Assembly: GCA_963803805.1 (NCBI GenBank)
Contig: CAWDOD010000004.1
Location: 416,001 to 480,000, forward strand
Length of the DNA stretch: 64,000 bases
Origin: an uncultured cyanobacterium
Lineage (GTDB): Bacteria; Cyanobacteriota; Cyanobacteriia; Cyanobacteriales; CAWCAG01
Reading direction: 5' to 3'
Shown here in pieces: positions 1-11,071 of the stretch; the stretch's first letter is position 1; every line of letters starts with the position of its first letter. The notes below the pieces were generated by a model. The model ran no database searches, was not told where the DNA came from, and saw only the letters and a list, made by a program, of their open reading frames with translations. A program made the translations under genes and the position numbers.

Positions 1-700
1 GGTTAACCGTTTCGCAGCCTAAAAAAATAGATTCCCCTAAGCGAAGATTGTTGATTTTGCCAACATCTTGGGCAGATTTATACCACTCATAATTAGCGGA
101 ATTGCCCCCTGAAACTATTGCTAAACCAAGCTGAAACTCTTTTTCTAGCATCTCAACTAATTGGGATAACTCATTCATATTCTTGGCATCTGGTTTGATA
201 CCGCCATAACAAGCTAAATTGCAGCCAATACCCACAACTTTTAGATGAGATAAAGTAAGAGTCTTCCTGATAAATTGATAAAGATCCTTCGGGAGTATCC
301 CTTCACGAAGATCACCCAACTCCACCATAATAATTACCTGATGATTTTTATGATGTGCCTTGGCATAATAGGAAAGTTTTTTCAGAGTTTCGATTTCAGT
401 GTTGAGGCTAATATCTACACTTTCAACCACAGATTCAGCTTTGCTTAAAGGAGTGCGTAGAAGCACAAACTGAGTTGAAATTCCGGCTTTTTTCATCTTT
501 TGGATATTTTCAAGGCGGGAGTCAGCAATGAATTTAACTCCCCCTTGAATCATTGCCTCAATAATAGCAGGTTCTCCTAAAACTGCTTTAGAAACTCCCA
601 TTACTGAAATACCTTTTTGCCCATAAAGTTCGCATAGCATCCTGGCATTTTCTTGTATTTGGCATAGGGAAATTTCTATTCTTGGCAAGAATGATTTCAT
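1..700 (-). CDS. Alanine/ornithine racemase-family PLP-dependent enzyme (partial; runs off window)
   Basis: Manual translation from ATG at 700: MKSFLPRIEISL...GVSKAVLG (PLP Lys)...IADSRLENI...MVELGDLREG...SGGNSAN...LRLGESIFLG; fold-type III racemase motifs; starts 3 nt after the DUF1611 stop. Confidence 0.8.
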   Translation of the reverse strand, partial: MKSFLPRIEISLCQIQENARMLCELYGQKGISVMGVSKAVLGEPAIIEAMIQGGVKFIADSRLENIQKMKKAGISTQFVLLRTPLSKAESVVESVDISLNTEIETLKKLSYYAKAHHKNHQVIIMVELGDLREGILPKDLYQFIRKTLTLSHLKVVGIGCNLACYGGIKPDAKNMNELSQLVEMLEKEFQLGLAIVSGGNSANYEWYKSAQDVGKINNLRLGESIFLGCETVN

Positions 701-703
701 TAA

Positions 704-1825
704 TTATCTTATTGCCAATACAGGAGTTCTTGCTAATTTCTTGCCCTGGATTTTTTGATTTAATTTGGGGAAATTCTTGACCAAGGTTTGCACAATTTTC
801 CGACAGCCATAACTCAATACATCCGTTGTTGGCAATTTAAACCGTTGCTCATAATCCTCTATAATACTGATAATTTCTTTCTCTTTTAAGTTCTCGTGGC
901 TTAAAGCGATCGCCATTACCCTAGCTGGAGAAATCGCTTCAATCAGTTTGATTTCTCCTTCCACAGTTGGCATTGCTAAATGAGGGAAGTCGCACCGAAA
1001 CTTCCTTGCTGGGGGATGTTGCAGGATGATGCCGTCGGGCATACTTCCTTTCAAAATGCCAACAGAACTCATAAAAGCGGGATGACTCACAGCACTCTGT
1101 CCCTCAACTAAAATGATGTCGGGGCTTTCGTTGTTAAAGGCTTGAAGAACAGAGTTTTCTATTTCACCAATCACAAACTGGGAAATAAGTGCATCCATTG
1201 ATACGCCGTACATTGCCCCCTGCATCAAGCTAGTTTGTCCTGTTGCTACTAGCAACGAGTTAATGCCGAGATTGTTGAGTGCTTTGTTGAGTTCTACTGC
1301 GGTAGTCATTTTTCCACAAGCGCAATCAGTACCTAAAACAGCAATTACAGGGACATTGACTTCAGCTATGTGACCCGTAAAGACGTGCAAATCATTTAAT
1401 TGCGGCGGTTTTCTGATATCTTTAATTTGGATCTGATTTTGGGCAGCTACCTCAACAAACTCCTGATCGTCGGAGAAAAATTGATGAAGACCATTAATAA
1501 TATTCATGCCTTTTTCCATAGCTTCCAAGATTAAAAACCTCTCTTCTATGGATATATAAGCATCTAAAGGAGCCTTGCCATAAATATAACAGCTTGGCAC
1601 TTCTGAAAGTTTTCTCAAAGCTTCATCTAGGTCGGTAAAAATGGGAATATTGCTTCTTTTTTCTCCTAATACTTCCCCAGCATCCTGTCCAGCTAAGGAA
1701 CTATCAATAACGCCAACAATGGTATAAATTTCAGAGTGGCGAACCAATGCTGCGGCAGTCTTTCCATCTACTAAACCAAACTGATTTTCACAGTAAACCA
1801 AGGCTGTTTCTTTTACGATTGCCAT
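704..1825 (-). CDS. DUF1611 domain protein (DgcN-like, P-loop)
   Basis: GKTA, GTDCACGKMTT, ATGQT and VEGQSA motifs typical of DUF1611. Confidence 0.85.
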   Translation of the reverse strand: MAIVKETALVYCENQFGLVDGKTAAALVRHSEIYTIVGVIDSSLAGQDAGEVLGEKRSNIPIFTDLDEALRKLSEVPSCYIYGKAPLDAYISIEERFLILEAMEKGMNIINGLHQFFSDDQEFVEVAAQNQIQIKDIRKPPQLNDLHVFTGHIAEVNVPVIAVLGTDCACGKMTTAVELNKALNNLGINSLLVATGQTSLMQGAMYGVSMDALISQFVIGEIENSVLQAFNNESPDIILVEGQSAVSHPAFMSSVGILKGSMPDGIILQHPPARKFRCDFPHLAMPTVEGEIKLIEAISPARVMAIALSHENLKEKEIISIIEDYEQRFKLPTTDVLSYGCRKIVQTLVKNFPKLNQKIQGKKLARTPVLAIR

Positions 1826-2124
1826 TGAAATAATTTCCTTAAAATGTGTTCCTAAATCTTCAAGAAGTTTTTTTGTAGTTAGTAAACTCCTCTAAAAGTT
1901 TAGGGTCTGTTTTGATGCAAAAATTTCCCGCAGAATTTCCTTGATTTGAGTCCTTTACTTTCGCAAAGAAAGTTCTCAAAAAACTTTATGCAATAAGAAA
2001 TATTATGATCTAAACTTGATTCTTTAAAAAGCTTAAGTGATGTTGATTTTGTAGCGAAAACTTCAGACCTTAATTGAGTTCCGTTTTAAATTAGCTTTAG
2101 TTTAATCGTAACACATTATACAAA

Positions 2125-2877
2125 TTATTTTACATTTTGATTGCTCGGATTTAATAGTTTGATATCGTTACCTTTAACTTTGAATAGCCCAGTTTCTTTC
2201 AGCAACTCCCCCAATTTCTTATAACCATAGGATCTGGAGTCAAAGGAAGGGTCCATTTTCAACAACTGCTGTCCAACAGTTCCAAGATTAGCATTGCCAT
2301 CATCACGAGCAACATCTTCATATGCTTCTTTGAGTAATTTGTTTAACTCTTCTTTTTGTTTGGTTTTAGTACTTGATCCAACTTGTTTAGAATCACTTAA
2401 GAATGAACTAGATGATCTCTCAGTGCTACCATCTAGCAGTTCAGTGTATACAAATCGGTCACAGGCAGCTACAAAAGCTTTGGGAGTTTGTCGCTTGCCA
2501 AACCCATAGACGGCTACACCATCTTGTCTAATTCTATGAGCTAGTCTTGTAAAGTCACTATCACTTGAAACAATGCAAAAGCCATCTAATTTGTCTGTGT
2601 AAAGCAAATCCATTGCATCAATAATTAAAGCGCTATCTGTTGAATTTTTACCTGATGTATAGCCGAATTGTTGTACAGGAACAATAGCAAAATCATTAAG
2701 CATCTTCTTCCATGTATTCATCTGGGGACTTGTCCAGTCACCGTAAACTCTTTTGATATATGCAGTTCCAAACTTAGCAATCTCTTTTAATAAAGCTTCT
2801 ACAACACTAGGGCTAGTATTATCTGCATCGATTAATACTGTCAACTTGTCAGATCTAAACTGAACTTCTCCTCTCAT
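2125..2877 (-). CDS. NYN domain (LabA/DUF88) protein with C-terminal OST-HTH/LOTUS domain
   Basis: LIDADN, YGDW, GKNSTDSALIIDAMD, SSDSDF; C-terminal FDSRSYGYKKL. Confidence 0.9.
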   Translation of the reverse strand: MRGEVQFRSDKLTVLIDADNTSPSVVEALLKEIAKFGTAYIKRVYGDWTSPQMNTWKKMLNDFAIVPVQQFGYTSGKNSTDSALIIDAMDLLYTDKLDGFCIVSSDSDFTRLAHRIRQDGVAVYGFGKRQTPKAFVAACDRFVYTELLDGSTERSSSSFLSDSKQVGSSTKTKQKEELNKLLKEAYEDVARDDGNANLGTVGQQLLKMDPSFDSRSYGYKKLGELLKETGLFKVKGNDIKLLNPSNQNVK

Positions 2878-2969
2878 AAATCACCATCCGGAAAACAATA
2901 AAATCTTTATTTACCTTATGTGATTATGATATCAAGAATTTTTCAGTGTATCATCAGGTTTGAGGATTT

Positions 2970-3854
2970 TTAAAGCATCTTTTTAAAAACCACATTCTTA
3001 AACAAATCATTGGCGATCGCAGTTCCTAATAAAATTAAACTGCAACCCAGGATCATAGAAGCAGTTATTGCTTCTTGTAAGAAAATTGCCCCCCAAAGCA
3101 TTGCAAAGATAGGAATCAAATAAGCAACGGTTAATGCTTTTGTGGAACCTACGTTGCTAATTAAGCGAAAATAGAGGATGTATGCCAAAGAGGTTGAAAG
3201 TAAAGCTAGACCAAACAAAGCCATTAAGCTTAAGGGGGTTGGTGCAGCTTTTGGTATGGTGAAAGGAATTGCTGGTAAGAGGAATAAAGGAGCAAAAAGT
3301 AAACTGCCTGTAGCAATAACTAAAGAAGGAACCCCACAGAGTTGCTTTTTTATGTAGGGAGCAGCAATGGCATACATCAATGTTGCTACCAACACAGCAA
3401 CTACTGCCAGCAAAGAAGTTGGCGTAATCACAAAACTTCGCCAGCCGACTAAAACAACTACCCCCCCTAAACCTAATGCTAATCCTATTGTTCGAGTGGG
3501 TGTGAGCTTTTCTTTTAACCAAATAAAAGCGACAATGCTACCAAATAAGGGAGTTGTGGCGTTGAGAATGGAGGTGAAGCCAGCCGGTAAAAATAGACTA
3601 GCAAAGGCAAAGAGTAGATATGGTAGTGCTGCGTTGCAACAACCGATTAGGAATAAAGGCTTTGCATAACGACGTATTTCTCCTAGCAAATCTAGTTTGA
3701 CTGCAAGAGGTAAAAGTGCTAAACCTGCTATTAAGACGCGGCATTCCATTAGCCAAACTGGACCGAATACCGGGGATGCTATCCTCATAAATAAAAAAGA
3801 TGCACCCCAAAGGGCAGCTAAGAGTAGAAGTTCACCAATATCAGAAATTTTCAT
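2970..3854 (-). CDS. EamA/DMT family transporter
   Basis: LWGASFLF, SILNATTPLF, about 10 hydrophobic segments. Confidence 0.9.
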   Translation of the reverse strand: MKISDIGELLLLAALWGASFLFMRIASPVFGPVWLMECRVLIAGLALLPLAVKLDLLGEIRRYAKPLFLIGCCNAALPYLLFAFASLFLPAGFTSILNATTPLFGSIVAFIWLKEKLTPTRTIGLALGLGGVVVLVGWRSFVITPTSLLAVVAVLVATLMYAIAAPYIKKQLCGVPSLVIATGSLLFAPLFLLPAIPFTIPKAAPTPLSLMALFGLALLSTSLAYILYFRLISNVGSTKALTVAYLIPIFAMLWGAIFLQEAITASMILGCSLILLGTAIANDLFKNVVFKKML

Positions 3855-3955
3855 TACTTATTTTTGAAAAACAGCTATTGGCTGTTAGCTTTTTTACTTT
3901 AAAACTACTCTTAAAAATCAACAAAAATGAGGCAATTTTTTACAGTTTTGTATCC

Positions 3956-4426
3956 TTAACTAAGTCGTAAATTACACTCTAAAATCAACTTCTTATTTTC
4001 TACAGAATAGGGCATAATTTCCAAAGCTTTTTCAAATGCTTCAATGGCATAGCGATAATTGCCCAAGGCAGCTTGAGACAAACCTAAACCATGCCATGCC
4101 CCAAAATGGATGGGATTGAGTTGTACAACTTGCAGGCATTTCTCTCGTGACTTTTCATATTCCCCTTGCATATAGTAGAGAACCCCTAAACGATTCCAAG
4201 CTTCAGCAAAATCTGGCTGATTTTTAATAGTGGTACTCAGTAACTCTTCAGCTTGAGTCACCTTGCCTGCTTCTAACAAAATCTGAGAACGTCTCAGTAA
4301 CTCTAAACCGAACTCACCTTTCTGTTCAAACCATCTACGCCAAAGCTGATCGGTAGCAGAAGCGCGGATTTGCTCGTCAGGACTTTTAAGATTTTCTATT
4401 AACTGAATGACTGATGATTTTTCCAT
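3956..4426 (-). CDS. Tetratricopeptide repeat protein
   Basis: PDFAEAWNRLG, PIHFGAWHGLG TPR motifs; ATG at 4426 preferred. Confidence 0.85.
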   Translation of the reverse strand: MEKSSVIQLIENLKSPDEQIRASATDQLWRRWFEQKGEFGLELLRRSQILLEAGKVTQAEELLSTTIKNQPDFAEAWNRLGVLYYMQGEYEKSREKCLQVVQLNPIHFGAWHGLGLSQAALGNYRYAIEAFEKALEIMPYSVENKKLILECNLRLS

Positions 4427-4609
4427 TTTAAGCAAATGTTTCTTGGGGTACTACTTCAATCTATTACCAACTTAAGCTTTCCCCTATCTAACTGGCAAGG
4501 GAACAACCAACATCTTATCTTACCAAACCCTGTAGTTGTACAGTTTATTTGTGGAGGTAGGGAGCAGGAAGGAAGAAATAAACTTATTACTTATTACTTC
4601 CCCCATCTC

Positions 4610-6325
4610 CTAAATACCATGACTTTTGCCAATTACCCAATGACGACGAAAAAATCTAGCTAAAGAACTTTCTTCTAAGGATAAATAAATTGGTCTACCG
4701 TGGGGGCAAGTACGGGGATTATGAGTATTTTTCCAACTATCTAAAAGTTGCTGCATTTCCTTCAAACTCAAAGGAGTACCGTTACGAATAGCACTACGAC
4801 AAGCTGTAGCAACTTGGGCTTCTTGTAAACTTCCACCTTGACTAAATTCTAAAAGAGCAGCAGCACAATCTGAGCGTTTTTCTAGCATGGCAGGAACATT
4901 ACGAATTGCCCATAATTCTTCTCCAAATGGCTCTATATCCAAGCCCAAACTTTCCAATTGGTTTAACTGGGCTGGCTTTAATTGGGCAAGGATAATGGGC
5001 TTTTGTAAAGGCACTAACCGCCAGTCCGTTAATAACTGTTCATACAAAACTCTCTCATGGGCAATATGTTGTTCAATTAACCACAAACCCGTAGAATGTT
5101 CAGCAACAATATAGGTTTTATTAATCTGTCCTACGGCTTTTAAAGCCATAAAACTAATTTCATTTTTGCTTATTTCTTCCTTTTTGGGGAAGATTTTTTC
5201 TTGGGTATGATAGTTACCTTTTTCTTCGGAAACTTTAAGTAACTGACTGATTTTTTGATTATATTTCCCGCTAGGAAGTTGAGCATTACTTAGAGAAAAA
5301 GCTTTTTCAATACCTTGACTAACTTGCTCTCGCCAAAAATCAAGATTATGTAAATAAACCTCAGTTTTAGCTGGGTGGCGATTCCAATCAATTTGACTGG
5401 GGCAAAGTTGTAAATGAAGTAAACAAACCGGATAGCGATCGCGGGGTAAAGTACGAGCAAAAGCCCTCAACATTGCTTGTTCCAACTCTGGCGATCGCAC
5501 AAAGCGGCCATTAATTGCTACCCGTACCCAATCAAAGCGCCGCCGATGACAGCGATCCGGCAAACCCACTAATAGCTGGAGTCGTGCAGGAGTATTGGTG
5601 TAATTTTCTGAGTGTAATTCTTGGGGTAATTCCACCGTCAGACTTAAGGGTTGTAAATCGCTTTGCTGTACCTGCCTAAGAATCTGGGGTAAAATTTGTT
5701 GAGCCGTTTTTCCGGGACTAATACTGAACCAAGGACGTTGATTTTGCCATGCTTGCCAAGTAACCTGGGGATGACAAAGGGCAATTTGCTGGACAATCTC
5801 CTGTACACTTCTCAGTTGCTGAGGCATCCCCGGCAAACCTTGGCGACGCACAGGAATGCTCCCAAAGAGATTGGAGATGGTAACAATTGTGCCAGGGGCA
5901 ATAGCTGCTACATTCTCCTCTACGGGTTCTCCTTGTTGGCTATAGGCGACTCGCCAACCAACCCCTTCTGCTTCAGTGGCTGGGCGGCTGAGGATTTCTA
6001 CCTCAGAAAGTTGAGCTAAACTGTGTAAAGCTTCACCCCGAAATCCTAAGCTGGTAATCTTCCACAGATCACTGCTGTTGTAAATTTTGCTAGTGCTGTG
6101 GGGTAAGGCACACAATCTTAAATTGCTTAAATCCATGCCCACGCCATCATCGGCAACCTGCACCCGCCACAAATCTGGCTCCAAAGAAAGTACTATCCTA
6201 GTTGCTCCTGCATCCAGGGCATTTTCAACTAATTCCCGCACCACTGCCGCAATTGAGTCAACAACCTCACCTGCCGCAATGAGATTAATTACATCAGTTG
6301 GTAGAGCTTGAATCCGATTTGTCAT
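4610..6325 (-). CDS. mutL: DNA mismatch repair endonuclease MutL
   Basis: IAAGEVV, ELVENALDAGA, LGFRGEAL, EQHIAHER, ACRSAI, CPHGRP. Confidence 0.97.
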   Translation of the reverse strand: MTNRIQALPTDVINLIAAGEVVDSIAAVVRELVENALDAGATRIVLSLEPDLWRVQVADDGVGMDLSNLRLCALPHSTSKIYNSSDLWKITSLGFRGEALHSLAQLSEVEILSRPATEAEGVGWRVAYSQQGEPVEENVAAIAPGTIVTISNLFGSIPVRRQGLPGMPQQLRSVQEIVQQIALCHPQVTWQAWQNQRPWFSISPGKTAQQILPQILRQVQQSDLQPLSLTVELPQELHSENYTNTPARLQLLVGLPDRCHRRRFDWVRVAINGRFVRSPELEQAMLRAFARTLPRDRYPVCLLHLQLCPSQIDWNRHPAKTEVYLHNLDFWREQVSQGIEKAFSLSNAQLPSGKYNQKISQLLKVSEEKGNYHTQEKIFPKKEEISKNEISFMALKAVGQINKTYIVAEHSTGLWLIEQHIAHERVLYEQLLTDWRLVPLQKPIILAQLKPAQLNQLESLGLDIEPFGEELWAIRNVPAMLEKRSDCAAALLEFSQGGSLQEAQVATACRSAIRNGTPLSLKEMQQLLDSWKNTHNPRTCPHGRPIYLSLEESSLARFFRRHWVIGKSHGI

Positions 6326-6692
6326 ATAAAATCTGTTGGAGTAGCCCCATGGATTACCCTTGTTCAAATTCTCCTCTGAGACAGCATCTTCACTGGTAGC
6401 ATTAGGAGATTTTACATCCTGGGTGAACGATATGGCAAAAACTGGGGAACATGGAGCAAGGGACTTATACTTTATAGTTTAACTATAAATGCCATTTTAA
6501 TTTTTGCGATCAGCTTAGAGGAGTGCGCGGAGTGCGATTGCCTCTAAAAAAACAACAAATCAGTAAGGATATCTCCCTAGATTTTCAAGCAGACTTTTAT
6601 AACAACCTGCTTGGCTTGCTTAATTTGATATTTTTGAATTGGTTTAATTTCAACCACTGCATTATTGTAGATGAAGATAGAACTAGGACATC

Positions 6693-6992
6693 ATGAAACT
6701 AGATTTAATATATTACTGTCAAGATAGAGGTTTACCTAGTGAGTGGGATTTGGAAGGCTGCCAGTTAGGTAATATTAACTTGATTGTTGGTAAAAATGCT
6801 TCTGGAAAAACAAAAACTCTTGAAGCTATTGTCATCATAGCTGGATTTTTGTCTGGTGAACTAGATATAAAACCAGAGCGTAGTATAAGAGAATGGAAGC
6901 TTATTTTTGACTCTGATGATGAGGTATTGGTATCAAGAACAAACAAATATTCAAGACTCACTGAGAATAGACTCCAAAATCTCTGGTGTTAG
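6693..6992 (+). pseudogene. Truncated ABC/AAA-type ATPase N-terminal fragment
   Basis: INLIVGKNASGKTKTLEAI Walker A only; no Walker B; 3' end overlaps an opposite-strand gene. Confidence 0.65.
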
Positions 6993-7175
6993 TCCTCTAG
7001 ATTTAGCTCTGTCGCTAATTTCATCCATTAGTTCTCGGAGTAAAGCAATATCTGAATCTGCTTGCTTTTGGAGTAAAAAACTAATTATAGCTTGGATTGT
7101 TTTACGTTGTTGTGGAGAGGAAGATTGGTAAGCTTCTGCAACTTGTGGTGTAACTTCGATAGTGATTTGATTCAT
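6951..7175 (-). CDS. Small antitoxin-like protein
   Basis: 74 aa MNQITIEVTPQVAEAY...AKSRGLTPEILESIL resembles cyanobacterial antitoxins normally upstream of PIN toxins. Confidence 0.6.
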   Translation of the reverse strand: MNQITIEVTPQVAEAYQSSSPQQRKTIQAIISFLLQKQADSDIALLRELMDEISDRAKSRGLTPEILESILSES

Positions 7176-7280
7176 GAGCTATTTATCGTGTTTCTGGTTA
7201 AAGCTAAAGCATAAACAACAATTATTGGTTTTAGCTAGCAAGAAATGTTATCTTGCTAACCTTTGCTTAACGTTAGTGTT

Positions 7281-7442
7281 TCACTTTTTTCTAGGTTTAT
7301 CTCTGCCTTGGTTCGTTTTACCCATCTTCTTATCTGGAAAACTAGGCTTTGGAGAAGGAGAAGGTTTGGGGATTGGTGGCTTCGATGGTTTTGGAGGTGT
7401 ATTAGAATTATTCGAGGAACTTGCACTTTGAGAATCTTCCAT
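7281..7442 (-). CDS. Putative 53-aa Pro/Lys/Ser-rich peptide
   Basis: Manual translation MEDSQSASSSNNSNTPPKPSKPPIPKPSPSPKPSFPDKKMGKTNQGRDKPRKK; hairpin TAGCAAGA-N7-TCTTGCTA downstream near 7236-7259. Confidence 0.4.
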   Translation of the reverse strand: MEDSQSASSSNNSNTPPKPSKPPIPKPSPSPKPSFPDKKMGKTNQGRDKPRKK

Positions 7443-8015
7443 GGTTGATGTCAACGAAAATAAAGTCTCTAATAGTCAATATAAAGGTTCGATTTTAGAG
7501 ATAATCTTAAAAGATGCTGATGAATCTCTTAAGCTTTTGCATTCTGATTCTAATTCCATTAATACAAGATTGGCTTTTTTAATTGGGTTTAATGCAACTT
7601 TCGCAAGTTTTTTATCAAAATTGCCCTATTCAAAAATTGAAGTTCTAGAAAAAGTTGATAGCTATTATTCTTATAAAAAACAATTACTAAGCATATTAGC
7701 GATTGTTATTGGATGGTTTTTACAAATAAAGCCTGTTATAGCTCTACTTATCTGTTTTTCAGTTACTTTAGCAATCTATGCTATAATCCTTCTCCTATTC
7801 CAATAGTTATTTATCCTAATGAAATGCTTAAGGAAGGTCAAGATTGTGATGAGGAAGATTTTATCAAAGCAATAATTGAAAACAGAGATAAGACAATCAG
7901 AAGAATTGAAAATAGGATTTCACAAAAAGCTTCATATCTTAAGTATTCTCTTGTTACATTAGGAGGAGCAGCATTACTTACAATAGTTGATATACTTATA
8001 AACGTTAATGTATAG
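7441..8015 (+). CDS. Membrane protein, Pycsar-effector-like topology, split by a 1-nt frameshift near 7785
   Basis: ORFs 7441-7806 and 7713-8015 join into about 191 aa if one A is added at 7785-7786; three hydrophobic helices. Confidence 0.55.
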
Positions 8016-8131
8016 CATTATTGATGATTCGCCTACTCAATTTGCCACCCAAATAAATTAAGACACAGTACTAAGAAGGGAGAAGGAAGAAGGAAAAAGC
8101 ACATCGCCTTAACCTCCAACCTTCTAAATTT

Positions 8132-9712
8132 CTAACCCTTAACTTTCAAACTACTCAAATCCGCCAAATTCCCCTCAATCACAGCACCCCGCTTATTCGC
8201 ATCAAGATGGCGCAAAATCTTATAGATAGTTTCAACCTCTTCTATTGCACCAACCTTATCTGCAACCTCCCTTAAAGATAAAGGTTCGCTTGTCTCTTGC
8301 AACAGATTCATAACCTTGGTTTGTAACTCCAACACCGATGCTGCTGCCTTCTTCCCTGCTTCCACACCAGGTTGATGATAGGCATTAATATTAACCAAAC
8401 TGGCATACAATCCTACAGCCCGTTCATAAAGAGCAATTAACGCACCCACAATGCGCTCATTTACTTCTGGTACTGTAATCGTAATAGAATCTCGCTGATT
8501 TTCATAAAGTGCTTGGCGCGTACCCTGCAACAATCCAGATAGATAATCCCCTGCGGTTACGGAAGGTTCAACTTCTACGGACTTTCCTTCTCTGTCTTGC
8601 AATACTTCAATAAAAGTAGCAAAGAAGTTAGGTACACCTTCCCTTAACTGTTGTACATAGGCGTGTTGATCTGTAGAACCTTTGTTACCATAAACTGCAA
8701 TACCTTGATAAACAGTATTACCATCTAAATCTTTTTCCTTACCCAAAGATTCCATAACTAACTGTTGCAGATAGCGACTAAATAGCAACAAGCTATCTTT
8801 GTAAGGGAGAATTACCATATCTTTTTCCCCTTGACCATTCCCTGCAAAGTACCAAGCTAGCGCCAACAAAGCTGCGGGGTTGGTTTTTAATTCAGGTTTC
8901 CGGGTCAAGATATCCATCGCTTTTGCACCATCTAACATGGCTTGAATATCGATACCCTGACAAGCCGCAGCCACTAAACCAACTGCTGATAATTCTGAGG
9001 TGCGCCCTCCAACCCAATCGTGCATCGGAAAGGTGGTTAACCAGTTTTCCGAGGTGGCAATCTTGTCTAACTTACTACCTTCCCCGGTAATAGCCACCGC
9101 ATGGGAAGAAAAATCAACGTGGTGGGTTTGGAAAGCTTTTTTAACTTCCAACATTCCGTTGCGAGTTTCGGGAGTACCTCCGGATTTAGAAATAACTAAA
9201 ACTAAGGTTGTGTTTAAATCCGGAATTTTAGCTATGGTTGCATCTATTCCCGCCGGATCGGTGTTGTCAACAAAATGAATCTTTAAAGGTGCATCCGTTG
9301 GGGCTAAAGCTTCGGCGACAAATTGGGGCCCTAAAGCTGAACCACCAATACCCACCGAAAGGATATCAGTAAACTTATCCGCACCAGAAGGCTGAATTTC
9401 GCCACTATGCACCTTGCTAGCGAAGCTTTTAATCTTCTCTAAGGTGGTGACAATATCTTCTTTTAACTCTCCATTAGGAGCTAAATCAGCGTCTCGCAGC
9501 CAATAATGTCCCACCATACGGTTTTCATCAGGATTGGCGATCGCACCTCCTTCTAAAGCCTCCATATCCTTAAAAGCTTGCTGGAATTTTGGTTCCATTT
9601 CAGACACAAAAGCATCATCAAACCTCATTCGGGATATATCTAAATAAATTCCCAGGTCTTCATCATAATAAAGCCAGTCTTGGTAGCGTTGCCAAAGGGC
9701 GGTGGCATCCAT
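8132..9712 (-). CDS. pgi: Glucose-6-phosphate isomerase
   Basis: [44 protein letters not shown]. Confidence 0.97.
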   Translation of the reverse strand: MDATALWQRYQDWLYYDEDLGIYLDISRMRFDDAFVSEMEPKFQQAFKDMEALEGGAIANPDENRMVGHYWLRDADLAPNGELKEDIVTTLEKIKSFASKVHSGEIQPSGADKFTDILSVGIGGSALGPQFVAEALAPTDAPLKIHFVDNTDPAGIDATIAKIPDLNTTLVLVISKSGGTPETRNGMLEVKKAFQTHHVDFSSHAVAITGEGSKLDKIATSENWLTTFPMHDWVGGRTSELSAVGLVAAACQGIDIQAMLDGAKAMDILTRKPELKTNPAALLALAWYFAGNGQGEKDMVILPYKDSLLLFSRYLQQLVMESLGKEKDLDGNTVYQGIAVYGNKGSTDQHAYVQQLREGVPNFFATFIEVLQDREGKSVEVEPSVTAGDYLSGLLQGTRQALYENQRDSITITVPEVNERIVGALIALYERAVGLYASLVNINAYHQPGVEAGKKAAASVLELQTKVMNLLQETSEPLSLREVADKVGAIEEVETIYKILRHLDANKRGAVIEGNLADLSSLKVKG

Positions 9713-9915
9713 AAATCAACCTCAAAACTTAGTTCTCACCATTGGTTAGTTTAGGCTACCTTTCCCCTTCTCGGCTTTTCCTTTATTCTTTCCTCTACTT
9801 TACTTAGCTCAATCCATTACTTTGTGGGGAATACAGTAGTTTATTTAACAAAATCTCAAACTTATGTTAAGATTTGTATAGCGTTACAAACAAATATACT
9901 AAGGGTCTAATTTTT

Positions 9916-10095
9916 ATGAGATATACAACAGAAGATGGTGGCCGTTTAAATAACTTCGCAGTCGAACCAAAAGTTTATGGTGCGGATGCCCCTAATAAAA
10001 ATCAACAGCGTAACTATATTATTCTTGGTGTTGGTGCTTTAACTCTTGTTGGTGGCTTAATGGCGGTTGCAGTAGCAGTTTCCAACGTCAGCTAG
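9916..10095 (+). CDS. psb34: Ssl1498-family / photosystem II assembly factor Psb34
   Basis: MRYTTEDGGRLNNFAVEPKVY plus a single TM helix. Confidence 0.8.
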   Translation: MRYTTEDGGRLNNFAVEPKVYGADAPNKNQQRNYIILGVGALTLVGGLMAVAVAVSNVS

Positions 10096-10140
10096 AAAAA
10101 ATATCTTGATATAATTCAACTAAAATTTAATTTTAAATTG

Positions 10141-10180
10141 GGAAGATTGGGCTTAAAAGACCAGTCTTTCTTATTATTTT
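10141..10180 (+). terminator. Putative intrinsic terminator
   Basis: GGAAGATTGG...CCAGTCTTTC hairpin followed by a T-rich tract. Confidence 0.5.
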
Positions 10181-10236
10181 TGGGACTTAGACTAATTCTC
10201 TGTATAGTTTAAATAAGTAAGAGTCTAAACAGATAC

Positions 10237-11028
10237 ATGAAATTGCTCATCAGCAACGACGACGGCATTTTTGCCTTGGGAATTCGTATTTTAGCCAATA
10301 CCTTAGCTAAAGCAGGACATGAAGTTATTGTAGTTTGTCCTGATAGAGAACGTTCTGCCACAGGTCATGGCTTAACTTTACATAGACCAATTCGTGCTGA
10401 GATTGTTAGCTCTGTTTTCGCTCCCCAAGTGGTAGCCTGGTCTTGTTCAGGAACTCCTTCTGATTGTGTTAAGTTCGCCCTTTCTGCGGTGTTAGATAGT
10501 CGTCCAGATTTTGTCCTAGCAGGCATTAATCATGGTTCAAATTTAGGTACAGACATTCTTTATTCTGGTACTGTTTCTGCGGCTATGGAAGGGACGATTG
10601 AAGGCATTCCTAGTATTGCTATTAGTTTAGCTAGTCATAGTTGTCAAGAATTTCAACCCGCTGCTAATTTTGTGGAGAGTTTATTAACTACTTTAAGTAA
10701 AAATTATTTGCCGGAAACTACTTTGATTAATGTTAATGTTCCTGCGGTAACGGAGCAAGAAATAGCTGGAGTTATGTTAACCCGTCAAGGTTATCGCCGC
10801 TACACAGAAATTTTTCAAAAAAGGTTAGATCCCCGTGGCAAAACCTATTATTGGTTAGCCGGAGAAGCAGTAGAAGAAATAGAACAGCCAGAACATATTC
10901 ATTTACCTGCAAGTGTTCCTACAGATGTTCAAGCTATTAAAAAAAACTACATTACTTTGACTCCTCTGCAATATAATCTTACCGATGTTAAAGGTTTTTC
11001 TGCTTTACAAGGGATGGAAAATTTGTAG
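10237..11028 (+). CDS. surE: 5'/3'-nucleotidase SurE
   Basis: [30 protein letters not shown]. Confidence 0.97.
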   Translation: MKLLISNDDGIFALGIRILANTLAKAGHEVIVVCPDRERSATGHGLTLHRPIRAEIVSSVFAPQVVAWSCSGTPSDCVKFALSAVLDSRPDFVLAGINHGSNLGTDILYSGTVSAAMEGTIEGIPSIAISLASHSCQEFQPAANFVESLLTTLSKNYLPETTLINVNVPAVTEQEIAGVMLTRQGYRRYTEIFQKRLDPRGKTYYWLAGEAVEEIEQPEHIHLPASVPTDVQAIKKNYITLTPLQYNLTDVKGFSALQGMENL

Positions 11029-11071
11029 ACAACACAGTTGATTCTCAAATAAAAGCTTTTTTACTTTCAAA

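Noticed and set aside
7174-7448. Plus-strand ORFs 7174-7431 and 7263-7448
   Set aside because: Their odd Gly- or Trp/Arg-rich composition is explained as antisense shadows of the Pro-rich minus-strand ORF
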